Shown here one piece after another: positions 1 through 7,455 of a stretch of DNA of 17,018 nucleotides (its first letter is position 1; each line of letters starts with the position of its first letter). The position numbers and the translations under genes are program-made. The stretch is from a virus (lineage: Duplodnaviria > Heunggongvirae > Uroviricota > Caudoviricetes). Below the pieces are notes generated by a model. It did not search any database. It was given only the letters and a program-made list of their open reading frames with translations, and was not told the origin of the DNA. The stretch lies in IMG/VR virus record IMGVR_UViG_2606217117_000010; one strand, written 5' to 3'.

Positions 1-257
1 CTGCGGCGCAGTTCACGATTTTCACGCTCCAGCTCTTTCAGACGCTGACGTTCAGCGGTGGTGAGCCCTCCATCACCGCCCCCGGTATCCCGCTCATGCT
101 GGCGAACCCAGACACGCAGAGTCTCCGGCGTACAGCCAATCTTTGGAGCAATGGAACAAATTGTCGCCCATTGTGAGTCATATTCGCCCTGACTTTCCAG
201 AACCATACGGACTGCCCGTTGACGGACTTCAGGGGAAAAACGAGTATTTTTAGTCAT
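1..257 (-). CDS. IS3-family transposase OrfA (IS629-like), 3'-partial in window
   Basis: Minus-strand ATG at 257-255. Translation [85 protein letters not shown] is an HTH plus leucine-zipper OrfA typical of IS3 family and matches my recollection of IS629 OrfA. The ORF runs off the window start. Confidence 0.85.
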   Translation of the reverse strand, partial: MTKNTRFSPEVRQRAVRMVLESQGEYDSQWATICSIAPKIGCTPETLRVWVRQHERDTGGGDGGLTTAERQRLKELERENRELRR

Positions 258-311
258 CCTGTTTACCTCTTTCTCAGGAAGTTTAGTCTCCAGGATTCCC
301 GGGGCGGTTCA
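1..311 (-). mobile_element. IS3-family insertion sequence (IS629/IS1203-like), partial: terminal inverted repeat plus 5' part of orfA; element continues past the window start
   Basis: Reverse complement of 281-311 reads TGAACCGCCCCGGGAATCCTGGAGACTAAAC, a TG-initiated IS3-family terminal inverted repeat, which I recall as the IS629 left end. It is followed by an orfA start with GAGG RBS. A near-identical terminus (TGAACCGCCCCGGGTTTCCTGGAGAG) occurs at 16150. Confidence 0.85.
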
Positions 312-474
312 CTTTGTGGTAATAGGCCAGTCAACCAGCAGGATGCGTGTAAGCGAATTTGCGGAGCTATTAGAGCTTATACAGGCATTCGGTACAGAGC
401 GTGGCGTTAAGTGGTCAGACGAAGCGCGACTGGCTCTCGAATGGAAAGCGCGATGGGGAGATCGGGCTGCATGA
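312..474 (+). pseudogene. ninB: ninB (NinB/Orf-family recombination protein) 3' fragment, 5' part removed by the IS insertion
   Basis: Frame starting at 313 reads [53 protein letters not shown] then stop at 472-474. This matches the C-terminus of lambda NinB as I recall it. The reading frame begins abruptly at the IS boundary (311/312) with no start codon. Confidence 0.75.
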
Positions 475-998
475 CTATCAAATCAAATACGCCAGCACAC
501 GACAAGGACTGCTGGCAAACGCCGCTTTGGCTTTTTGATGCACTGGATATTGAGTTTGGATTCTGGCTGGATTCGGCAGCGAGCGACAAAAATGCTCTGT
601 GCGCTCACTGGCTAACTGAGGACGACGACGCGCTCAATTCTGAGTGGGTAAGCCACGGTGCAATCTGGAATAACCCACCGTACAGCAATATCAGGCCGTG
701 GGTGGAAAAAGCCGCTGAGCAGTGTATACAACAGCGACAGACGGTAGTGATGCTTGTGCCAGAGGATATGTCTGTCGGATGGTTCAGCAAGGCTCTGGAG
801 AGTGTTGACGAAGTTCGTATTATCACTGATGGACGGATTAATTTTATCGAACCATCGACAGGGCTGGAGAAGAATGGAAACAGCAAAGGCTCCATGCTGC
901 TGATTTGGCGACCGTTCATCAGTCCTCGACGGATGTTTACTACCGTATCCAAAGCGGCATTGATGGCGATCGGGCAGGGCGTCAGGAGGGCTGCATGA
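471..998 (+). CDS. phage DNA N6-adenine methyltransferase (phage Dam family, PF05869-like)
   Basis: Translation [31 protein letters not shown]...WNNPPYSN... carries the N-terminal CWQTP motif and the NPPY catalytic motif IV of N6-adenine methyltransferases. ATG 471 overlaps the ninB stop (ATGA), and the stop overlaps the ninE ATG. In-frame alternative starts at 411 (GTG), 441 and 453 would overlap ninB and are less likely. Confidence 0.8.
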   Translation: MTIKSNTPAHDKDCWQTPLWLFDALDIEFGFWLDSAASDKNALCAHWLTEDDDALNSEWVSHGAIWNNPPYSNIRPWVEKAAEQCIQQRQTVVMLVPEDMSVGWFSKALESVDEVRIITDGRINFIEPSTGLEKNGNSKGSMLLIWRPFISPRRMFTTVSKAALMAIGQGVRRAA

Positions 999-1171
999 GA
1001 CGACAGCGACGAAGCATCACCGACATAATCTGCGAAAACTGCAAATACCTTCCAACGAAATGCTCCAGAAATAAACGCAAGCTAATCCCAAAAGAATCTG
1101 ACGTAAAAACCTTCAATTACACAGCCCACCTGTGGGATATCCGGTGGCTAAGATATCGTGCGAGGAAATGA
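995..1171 (+). CDS. ninE: NinE protein
   Basis: 58 aa [58 protein letters not shown] matches lambda/DLP12 NinE as I recall it. RBS AGGAGG at 984-989. The ORF-track start at 905 is an upstream extension overlapping the methyltransferase. Confidence 0.75.
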   Translation: MRRQRRSITDIICENCKYLPTKCSRNKRKLIPKESDVKTFNYTAHLWDIRWLRYRARK

Positions 1172-1173
1172 CA

Positions 1174-1515
1174 ATGGATTATTCACAGTTAAGTGATTTT
1201 GAAATTAACAGAATGGTAGGAGACATAATTTTTAAAGGCCTTTGGGCAAGTAAACCGGAAACATCAGGGAATAACACCAACAAATGGTATTACGGAAATG
1301 CTGATACAACTTTTGAGCCATTAAATCATTTGCCTGACTACTGCAATGATCCGAGCGCTTCATGGCCGATTATTGAGAAATACAGGATTTCTATCTTAGA
1401 CCAGTTAACTGAATGGTGTGTGGATGCAAAAGGCGTAAGCCCAATATTTGATACCAGACCTCTCCGCGCCGCCATGATTGTCTTTCTCCTGATGCAGGAG
1501 GCCAATAATGCTTAG
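1174..1515 (+). CDS. nin-region hypothetical protein (about 113 aa); possible NinX/DUF-type phage protein
   Basis: Uninterrupted ORF in the expected nin-region slot between ninE and the ninF-like ORF. GAGGA RBS at 1162-1166 and ATG at 1174, with an alternative ATG at 1168. The stop overlaps the next start. No motif recognised. Confidence 0.55.
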   Translation: MDYSQLSDFEINRMVGDIIFKGLWASKPETSGNNTNKWYYGNADTTFEPLNHLPDYCNDPSASWPIIEKYRISILDQLTEWCVDAKGVSPIFDTRPLRAAMIVFLLMQEANNA

Positions 1516-1702
1516 CCCATCTCAATCCCTTCAATACCTGAAAGAAAGCATAGAGCGGGCTTCAATGTGCACAGAGTGGATTCTATCTAGGTTTAGCGCA
1601 TACAGAAGATTGCCGGTAAAGGGCATGCCAAGCAAGTCGATGCTGCATATGCAAAAGAATGCGCGCTGGAAGGTATGGCGAGAACACAGGTTATGTGGCT
1701 AA
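1508..1702 (+). CDS. ninF: NinF-like small protein (N-terminus NinF-like, remainder divergent)
   Basis: The N-terminal [18 protein letters not shown] resembles lambda NinF ([18 protein letters not shown]...), but the remainder does not show the cysteine-rich NinF pattern I remember. Position immediately upstream of rusA. Confidence 0.4.
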   Translation: MLSPSQSLQYLKESIERASMCTEWILSRFSAYRRLPVKGMPSKSMLHMQKNARWKVWREHRLCG

Positions 1703-1721
1703 AAGAGGGGGTTATTAAGGC

Positions 1722-2084
1722 GTGAATACCTACAGCATCACATTACCCTGGCCTCCGAGCAATAATCGCTATTACCGCCATAATCGCGGGCGCACGCACG
1801 TCAGCGCAGAGGGGCAGGCATACCGCGATAACGTCGCCCGAATCATTAAAAACGCAATGCTGGATATCGGCCTGGCTATGCCTGTGAAAATCCGCATTGA
1901 GTGCCACATGCCGGATCGCCGTCGCCGTGACCTGGATAATCTGCAAAAAGCCGCTTTTGACGCACTCACTAAAGCAGGTTTCTGGCTGGATGATGCTCAG
2001 GTCGTTGATTACCGCGTTGTGAAGATGCCTGTTACCAAAGGTGGGAGGCTGGAACTGACCATCACCGAAATGGGGAATGAATGA
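1722..2084 (+). CDS. rusA: crossover junction endodeoxyribonuclease RusA (Holliday junction resolvase)
   Basis: 120 aa [47 protein letters not shown]...[31 protein letters not shown] matches E. coli DLP12 RusA as I recall it. GTG start with upstream GAGGGGG RBS. Confidence 0.9.
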   Translation: MNTYSITLPWPPSNNRYYRHNRGRTHVSAEGQAYRDNVARIIKNAMLDIGLAMPVKIRIECHMPDRRRRDLDNLQKAAFDALTKAGFWLDDAQVVDYRVVKMPVTKGGRLELTITEMGNE

Positions 2085-2221
2085 TGTTTGAGTTTAATAT
2101 GGCAGAACTTCTTCGCCACCGCTGGGGGCGTCTGCGCTTATATCGTTTCCCCGGTTCTGTTTTGACCGATTACCGAATACTGAAGAATTACGCCAAAACC
2201 CTGACAGGAACAGGAGTATGA
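2081..2221 (+). CDS. ylcG: YlcG-like small phage protein (46 aa)
   Basis: Below the ORF-track threshold. ATG at 2081 overlaps the rusA stop (ATGA). Translation [46 protein letters not shown] matches DLP12 YlcG as I recall it and occupies the same rusA-ylcG-Q position. Confidence 0.5.
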   Translation: MMFEFNMAELLRHRWGRLRLYRFPGSVLTDYRILKNYAKTLTGTGV

Positions 2222-2306
2222 AGTCAGAGATAACAATCAACTAATACTGTTTTGTTGATTTTTGCTTGTAATTGGCGTTCTGGTCTGATTTTTGTGGAGT
2301 AAGTTG

Positions 2307-2690
2307 ATGCGTGATATTCAGATGGTTCTTGAGCGTTGGGGTGCGTGGGCGGCTAATAATCATGAAGATGTGACCTGGTCGTCCATTGCCGCCGGTTTTA
2401 AGGGATTAATTCCTTCAAAAGTAAAATCTCGCCCGCAATGTTGTGACGATGACGCGATGATCATTTGCGGGTGCATGGCCCGTCTGAAAAAGAACAACAG
2501 CGATTTACACGATTTATTAGTAGATTATTATGTATGTGGTATGACATTCATGTCACTGGCAAGTAAGCATTGCTGCTCGGATGGTTATATCGGGAAAAGG
2601 TTACAGAAGGCTGAGGGCATAATTGAAGGGATGTTAATGGCATTAGATATCCGGTTAGATATGGATATCGTTGCTAATAATTCTAATTGA
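2307..2690 (+). CDS. quuD: late-gene antiterminator Q (phage 82 / DLP12 QuuD type)
   Basis: 127 aa [62 protein letters not shown]... is cysteine-rich (putative Zn site) and matches 82-type Q/QuuD as I recall it. GGAG RBS at 2296-2299. The ORF-track TTG at 2292 is an upstream extension. Confidence 0.85.
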   Translation: MRDIQMVLERWGAWAANNHEDVTWSSIAAGFKGLIPSKVKSRPQCCDDDAMIICGCMARLKKNNSDLHDLLVDYYVCGMTFMSLASKHCCSDGYIGKRLQKAEGIIEGMLMALDIRLDMDIVANNSN

Positions 2691-2827
2691 TATGCAATTG
2701 TTTACTAAAAGTTATTAAAAATGGGGCGTGGAAACGCCCCCAAAATAAAGGGTAATATATAACAGAAGGTTTATATAGTAAGAAGCAAGGTAGTGCTTCT
2801 AAAGGAAGTGGCTTGAGGGCTCCACTT
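2691..2827 (+). promoter_or_regulatory. possible Q-proximal late promoter / qut region (location uncertain; alternative site at 4160-4205)
   Basis: Inference from lambdoid architecture, where PR' and qut lie directly downstream of Q and upstream of a terminator. An intrinsic terminator lies at 2828-2868, but I could not identify a convincing -35/-10 pair here. Confidence 0.25.
2711..2740 (-). terminator. rho-independent terminator of the porin gene (minus strand)
   Basis: Hairpin GGGGCG-TGGAAA-CGCCCC at 2723-2740. On the minus strand it is followed by ATTTTTAATAAC (reverse complement of 2711-2722). Confidence 0.6.
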
Positions 2828-2878
2828 ATATGTTGCGGAGGCAAAGCCTCCCGCAACATATCTTTTTCGTAAGTCAGA
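2741..2878 (-). ncRNA. ipeX: porin 3'-UTR with strong internal hairpin; candidate IpeX-like regulatory RNA
   Basis: Untranslated stretch between the porin stop (2879) and its terminator, containing the 14-bp-stem hairpin at 2828-2861. An sRNA (IpeX) has been described in the equivalent nmpC 3' region of DLP12 and phage PA-2, as I recall. Sequence identity to IpeX was not verified. Confidence 0.3.
2828..2868 (+). terminator. rho-independent terminator on + strand downstream of Q (tR'-like, or terminator of early rightward transcription)
   Basis: Stem ATATGTTGCGGAGG (2828-2841), loop CAAAG, stem CCTCCCGCAACATAT (2847-2861) with a 1-nt bulge, followed by CTTTTTCG. Confidence 0.6.
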
Positions 2879-3961
2879 TTAGAACTGATAAACCAGACCT
2901 ACAGCGACGATGTCGTCGGTATCAATACCAGCTGTTTTGGTAAACTTACTATCGTCAATTAAGTTGATTTTGTAATCAACAAAAGTAGACATGTTTTTAT
3001 TAAAGTAGTAAGTAGCACCGACATCGACATACTTGACTAAGTCTCGGTCACCATGAACACCAAGGTCTTTACCTTTTGACTGAAGGTAAGCAACAGATGG
3101 GCGCAGACCGAAGTCAAACTGATATTGTGCTACTGCTTCAAAGTTTTGTGCTTTGTTTGCAATATGGTTATTACCAAAAACGGTCATATTCTGAGTTTCA
3201 GAATATGTGGTAGCCAGATAGATATTGTTCGCATCATATTTCAGGCCTGCAGCCCATACTTCCGCATTTTTGCCGGAGGCATTGAATTTGCTCTTACCAT
3301 AGGCGACCTGACCGTCAGTGCGATCTGATTTAGCATAGGTTGCACCCACGCCGAATCCTTCATACTCATAAGTAGTGGAGAAACCGAAACCATCACCATT
3401 GGCTTCAGTTACGTCAGTGCGGTCATTTTTACCCTGATACTGAGCAGCAAAGTTCAGGCCATCGACCAGACCAAAGAAGTCGTTGTTACGATAAGTTGCA
3501 ACACCAGTAGTGCGACCAGTCATGAACACATCTGTTTGGGTCCAGGTATCACCACCGAATTCTGGCAGAACGTCAGTCCACGCACCGATGTCGTATGCTA
3601 CACCGTAGTTACGGCCGTAATCGATGGAGCCGTAATCACCAAATTTCAGGCCTGCAAATGCAAGACGGGTTTTGTCTTTGGAAGAACCTTGAGATTCAGC
3701 ACGGTTGCCTTTGAATTCATATTCCCACTGACCGAAACCAGTCAGTTGATCGTTGATTTGGGTTTCACCTTTGAAGCCAAGACGGGCATAAGTAGTATCA
3801 CCATCATCTGCATCATTAGAGGAGAAGTAGTGCTTGGCATTAACTTTCCCGTATAGATCCAGCTTGTTACTGTCTTTATTATAAATTTCAGCTGCCTGAG
3901 CAGACATCGCCATCAGTACTGATGCAGCTACAGCAGAAATTGCCACTGTTAATTTTTTCAT
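2879..3961 (-). CDS. nmpC: outer membrane porin, OmpC/PhoE general bacterial porin family (prophage NmpC / Lc type)
   Basis: 360 aa from ATG at 3961-3959. Signal peptide [23 protein letters not shown] followed by [16 protein letters not shown], and C-terminal ...VAVGLVYQF ending in Phe: hallmark porin features. Located between Q and the holin as nmpC is in DLP12. The ORF-track start at 4021 is an upstream extension. Confidence 0.9.
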   Translation of the reverse strand: MKKLTVAISAVAASVLMAMSAQAAEIYNKDSNKLDLYGKVNAKHYFSSNDADDGDTTYARLGFKGETQINDQLTGFGQWEYEFKGNRAESQGSSKDKTRLAFAGLKFGDYGSIDYGRNYGVAYDIGAWTDVLPEFGGDTWTQTDVFMTGRTTGVATYRNNDFFGLVDGLNFAAQYQGKNDRTDVTEANGDGFGFSTTYEYEGFGVGATYAKSDRTDGQVAYGKSKFNASGKNAEVWAAGLKYDANNIYLATTYSETQNMTVFGNNHIANKAQNFEAVAQYQFDFGLRPSVAYLQSKGKDLGVHGDRDLVKYVDVGATYYFNKNMSTFVDYKINLIDDSKFTKTAGIDTDDIVAVGLVYQF

Positions 3962-4159
3962 TGTACGCCCTTTTTTTGAACTATTATTAAAAAATGATGT
4001 CACTGCGCGATAAATATTCATCTAATCAATGTGATTATTTCAAGATGTAAGTTTTAGTTTCTCATTTAATTTGTGAAGTAGATCTCTATTTTTATCTGAA
4101 CCTTTTCTATCTAATCCTATTCATGGCTCTTGTCTGAACAAAAATAAATCTATTAGCTA

Positions 4160-4205
4160 ATTTATATTAATGGCACTTATTTATAAGTGCTCTATAATTC
4201 TTTAG
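4160..4205 (+). promoter_or_regulatory. candidate sigma70 promoter (possible late promoter PR' driving a short terminated leader RNA)
   Basis: -35-like ATGGCA (4170-4175), 17-bp spacer, perfect -10 TATAAT (4193-4198). It lies about 190 nt upstream of the intrinsic terminator at 4388-4420, analogous to lambda PR'-tR'. The region is AT-rich, so a chance match is possible. Confidence 0.3.
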
Positions 4206-4387
4206 CTTAATTTAAACAAACTAAAAATAACATCGGAAATTATTAACTGATTATTTGTTGAAGTTTTCTTATGTATTTGTGGTGGTGTTTTGAACACTCG
4301 GTGGCATTCTCACAAATATCATTTAGTAGTTTACGTACGTAAAAAATTGGTTATGCTGTTAAGAGTGGTTACTTCGTCACACAGCTT

Positions 4388-4420
4388 AAACCCGCCGTCG
4401 AGCGGGTTTTTCCATTTTTT
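4388..4420 (+). terminator. rho-independent terminator on + strand, 130 bp upstream of the holin gene (tR'-like candidate)
   Basis: Stem AAACCCGC (4388-4395), loop CGTCGA, stem GCGGGTTT (4402-4409), followed by TTCCATTTTTT. Confidence 0.55.
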
Positions 4421-4549
4421 GAGTCTCGATATTAGCTGATAACCCAATACCTGAGTTATTCACTGACTCCGAATCTGTTACGTTTCTGCCTTTATTGCGA
4501 TACGTAATATCCCCTTAATTTACACCCGCTTTGTCTGCGAGGTGGGGTT

Positions 4550-4765
4550 ATGAAATCCATGGATAAGTTAACAACGGGTGTCGCCTATGGCACCTCAGCA
4601 GGTAGTGCCGGTTACTGGTTTTTACCGCTGCTCGATAAAGTCACGCCCTCACAGTGGGCAGCAATAGGTGTGCTGGGTAGCCTGGTATTTGGCCTGCTGA
4701 CGTACCTGACAAACCTTTATTTCAAGATTAAAGAAGATAAGCGCAAGGCTGCGAGAGGTGAATAA
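4550..4765 (+). CDS. essD: class II holin / pinholin (phage 21 S21 type) with dual-start motif
   Basis: 71 aa [71 protein letters not shown] has two TMDs and a basic C-terminus. Met1-Lys-Ser-Met4 is the antiholin/holin dual start. Matches S21 as I recall it. Confidence 0.9.
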   Translation: MKSMDKLTTGVAYGTSAGSAGYWFLPLLDKVTPSQWAAIGVLGSLVFGLLTYLTNLYFKIKEDKRKAARGE

Positions 4766-5262
4766 TGCCTCCATCATTACGAAAAGCCGTTGCTGCTGCT
4801 ATTGGTGGCGGAGCAATTGCTATAGCATCAGTGTTAATCACTGGCCCAAGTGGTAACGATGGTCTGGAAGGTGTCAGCTACATACCATACAAAGATATTG
4901 TTGGTGTATGGACTGTATGTCACGGGCATACAGGAAAAGACATCATGCTCGGTAAAACGTATACCAAAGCAGAATGCAAAGCCCTCCTGAATAAAGACCT
5001 TGCCACGGTCGCCAGACAAATTAACCCGTACATCAAAGTCGATATACCGGAAACAATGCGCGGCGCTCTTTACTCATTCGTTTACAACGTGGGTGCTGGC
5101 AATTTCAGAACATCGACGCTTCTTCGCAAAATAAACCAGGGCGATATCAAAGGCGCATGTGATCAGCTACGTCGCTGGACATATGCTGGCGGTAAGCAAT
5201 GGAAAGGTCTCATGACTCGTCGTGAGATTGAGCGTGAAATCTGTTTGTGGGGTCAGCAATGA
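4765..5262 (+). CDS. rrrD: SAR endolysin (T4-lysozyme-like, GH24; phage 21 R21 type)
   Basis: N-terminal signal-anchor-release domain [20 protein letters not shown], followed by a catalytic E...D...T triad region ([24 protein letters not shown]). GAGAGG RBS. Start overlaps the holin stop by 1 nt. Confidence 0.9.
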   Translation: MPPSLRKAVAAAIGGGAIAIASVLITGPSGNDGLEGVSYIPYKDIVGVWTVCHGHTGKDIMLGKTYTKAECKALLNKDLATVARQINPYIKVDIPETMRGALYSFVYNVGAGNFRTSTLLRKINQGDIKGACDQLRRWTYAGGKQWKGLMTRREIEREICLWGQQ

Positions 5263-5723
5263 ACAGAGTAACCGCGATTATCTCCGCTCTGGTTATCTGC
5301 ATCATCGTCTGCCTGTCATGGGCTGTTAATCATTACCGTGATAACGCCATTACCTACAAAGCCCAGCGCGACAAAAATGCCAGAGAACTGAAGCTGGCGA
5401 ACGCGGCAATTACTGACATGCAGATGCGTCAGCGTGATGTTGCTGCGCTCGATGCAAAATACACGAAGGAGTTAGCTGATGCGAAAGCTGAAAATGATGC
5501 TCTGCGTGATGATGTTGCCGCTGGTCGTCGTCGGTTGCACATCAAAGCAGTCTGTCAGTCAGTGCGTGAAGCCACCACCGCCTCCGGCGTGGATAATGCA
5601 GCCTCCCCCCGACTGGCAGACACCGCTGAACGGGATTATTTCACCCTCCGGGAACGACTGGTAATGATGCAGGCCCAACTTGAAGGTGCTCAGCAATACA
5701 TAACCGAGCAGTGTTTAAAGTAA
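5259..5723 (+). CDS. rzpD: i-spanin Rz
   Basis: [61 protein letters not shown]... has an N-terminal TMD and coiled coil, and is near-identical to lambda Rz as I recall it. ATG 5259 overlaps the endolysin stop (ATGA). Confidence 0.85.
   Translation: MNRVTAIISALVICIIVCLSWAVNHYRDNAITYKAQRDKNARELKLANAAITDMQMRQRDVAALDAKYTKELADAKAENDALRDDVAAGRRRLHIKAVCQSVREATTASGVDNAASPRLADTAERDYFTLRERLVMMQAQLEGAQQYITEQCLK
5479..5664 (+). CDS. rzoD: o-spanin Rz1 (outer-membrane lipoprotein), embedded in the +1 frame of Rz
   Basis: [24 protein letters not shown]... carries a lipobox (VVGC), followed by the proline-rich [15 protein letters not shown]. Entirely nested inside Rz. Confidence 0.85.
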   Translation: MRKLKMMLCVMMLPLVVVGCTSKQSVSQCVKPPPPPAWIMQPPPDWQTPLNGIISPSGNDW

Positions 5724-5860
5724 AATCTTAACTACAATATGATTCATTTTGATGATTGTTTCATAAGGAACAGTGAAGTAAGATCTAAGAGGAGTTAAAT
5801 TTTATACAGTATAATCATAATATTGCAGCAAGGTGGTTATAATTGAAAGAATATTTAGAT

Positions 5861-7318
5861 ATGAATACATCTCATGTAAGAGTTGTTACTCATATGTGTG
5901 GGTTCCTGGTTTGGCTCTATAGTCTTTCAATGTTGCCACCAATGGTTGTAGCATTGTTTTATAAAGAAAAAAGCCTGTTCGTTTTCTTTATAACTTTCGT
6001 TATATTTTTTTGCATTGGTGGCGGAGCGTGGTATACAACTAAGAAATCTGGCATTCAATTACGTACCCGTGATGGGTTTATTATAATTGTAATGTTTTGG
6101 ATTTTGTTTTCTGTTATTAGTGCATTCCCTTTATGGATTGACTCAGAACTTAATTTAACGTTCATTGATGCTCTGTTTGAAGGGGTTTCTGGAATAACAA
6201 CAACAGGAGCAACTGTAATTGATGATGTTAGTTCATTACCTCGGGCATATTTGTACTATCGGTCACAGTTAAATTTTATAGGTGGTTTAGGAGTTATTGT
6301 TCTGGCGGTTGCTGTATTGCCATTATTGGGTATTGGTGGTGCAAAGCTTTATCAGTCAGAAATGCCGGGGCCATTTAAGGATGACAAACTCACTCCCCGC
6401 CTGGCCGATACGTCACGGACACTGTGGATAACTTATTCTTTATTAGGTATTGCTTGTATTGTCTGTTATAGACTTGCAGGAATGTCTTTGTTTGATGCTA
6501 TTTGTCACGGGATTTCCACAGTTTCGCTTGGTGGTTTCTCAACTCATAGCGAGAGTATCGGATATTTTAATAACTATTTGGTTGAGCTGGTGGCTGGTTC
6601 TTTTTCCCTGCTATCGGCTTTCAACTTCACTCTTTGGTATATTGTTATTAGCAGAAAAACGATAAAACCTTTAATCAGAGATATTGAACTTCGTTTCTTT
6701 CTGTTAATAGCCTTAGGGATGATCATTGTTACCTCTTTCCAGGTCTGGCATATAGGTATGTATGACTTGCATGGAAGTTTTATTCATTCGTTTTTTCTTG
6801 CCAGCTCCATGCTCACTGATAATGGTTTAGCTACGCAGGATTATGCAAACTGGCCCACGCACACGATAGTGTTTTTGCTGTTGTCAAGTTTCTTTGGGGG
6901 ATGTATCGGTTCAACCTGTGGTGGAATTAAGTCACTTCGATTTCTTATACTTTTCAAACAAAGCAAACACGAGATAAATCAACTTTCTCATCCCAGAGCG
7001 TTGTTAAGTGTAAATGTAGGAGGGAAGATAGTTACAGATCGTGTAATGAGGTCTGTATGGAGTTTCTTTTTTCTTTATACTCTCTTCACGGTGTTTTTTA
7101 TACTGGTGTTAAATGGTATGGGATATGATTTTCTTACATCATTTGCAACAGTGGCTGCATGTATTAATAATATGGGATTAGGTTTTGGGGCTACTGCATC
7201 GTCATTCGGAGTGCTTAATGACATTGCAAAATATTTAATGTGCATAGCTATGATTCTTGGTCGCCTTGAAATTTATCCTGTTATTATATTGTTTTCAGGT
7301 TTTTTTTGGCGCTCCTAA
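5861..7318 (+). CDS. trkG: Trk-system potassium uptake protein TrkG (TrkH/KtrB superfamily)
   Basis: 485 aa polytopic membrane protein with repeated selectivity-filter-like glycine motifs (GITTTGATV, GIGGAK, SLGGFS, GSTCGGIK). Matches the Rac-prophage TrkG of E. coli as I recall it. AT-rich gene downstream of Rz/Rz1, as in Rac. The ORF-track TTG at 5843 is an upstream extension. Confidence 0.9.
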   Translation: MNTSHVRVVTHMCGFLVWLYSLSMLPPMVVALFYKEKSLFVFFITFVIFFCIGGGAWYTTKKSGIQLRTRDGFIIIVMFWILFSVISAFPLWIDSELNLTFIDALFEGVSGITTTGATVIDDVSSLPRAYLYYRSQLNFIGGLGVIVLAVAVLPLLGIGGAKLYQSEMPGPFKDDKLTPRLADTSRTLWITYSLLGIACIVCYRLAGMSLFDAICHGISTVSLGGFSTHSESIGYFNNYLVELVAGSFSLLSAFNFTLWYIVISRKTIKPLIRDIELRFFLLIALGMIIVTSFQVWHIGMYDLHGSFIHSFFLASSMLTDNGLATQDYANWPTHTIVFLLLSSFFGGCIGSTCGGIKSLRFLILFKQSKHEINQLSHPRALLSVNVGGKIVTDRVMRSVWSFFFLYTLFTVFFILVLNGMGYDFLTSFATVAACINNMGLGFGATASSFGVLNDIAKYLMCIAMILGRLEIYPVIILFSGFFWRS

Positions 7319-7404
7319 TATATGGCTGATTTATAATTGTGAGTTTAATATTATGTTGACTCACTCATTGATCCAATACCTAACTTTACCAGCAACACCT
7401 CCGC

Positions 7405-7439
7405 CCCCAGTAGCACTGGCTGCTGGGGTGCGTTTTATT
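7405..7439 (+). terminator. rho-independent terminator downstream of trkG
   Basis: Stem CCCCAGTAGC (7405-7414), loop ACTG, stem GCTGCTGGGG (7419-7428, one G-U pair), followed by TGCGTTTTATT. Confidence 0.55.
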
Positions 7440-7455
7440 CATAAAGCAAGGCTGT

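Noticed and set aside
219-410. 63-aa + strand ORF from the six-frame track
   Set aside because: It spans the IS terminus at 311: the first part is antisense to the transposase orfA start region and the second part is another frame of the ninB remnant. It is a chimeric artefact.
411-470. Upstream GTG/ATG starts (411, 441, 453) for the methyltransferase ORF
   Set aside because: These would overlap the ninB C-terminal coding region in another frame. ATG 471 overlaps the ninB stop in the ATGA arrangement used repeatedly in this nin region, so 471 is preferred, though the longer form cannot be excluded.
905-994. N-terminal extension of the ninE ORF (ORF-track start at 905)
   Set aside because: It lies inside the methyltransferase gene in another frame. 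The conserved NinE sequence begins at MRRQRR (995), which has a strong AGGAGG RBS.
605-2000. Minus-strand ORFs 605-952, 1743-1946 and 1772-1969
   Set aside because: They are antisense shadow ORFs entirely inside the well-supported methyltransferase and rusA genes, with no RBS or recognisable motifs.
2691-2878. tRNA genes between Q and the lysis genes, as found in Stx phages
   Set aside because: No cloverleaf-like sequence was apparent by eye and the space is occupied by two terminator hairpins. tRNAscan-SE was not run, so this is unconfirmed.
3125-3856. + strand ORFs 3125-3328 and 3536-3856 inside the porin gene
   Set aside because: They are antisense to a strongly supported porin CDS. Their low-complexity translations are typical of reading a beta-barrel gene backwards.
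6450-6665. 71-aa + strand ORF inside trkG
   Set aside because: It is an alternative frame within the trkG coding sequence, and the trkG frame is supported along its whole length.
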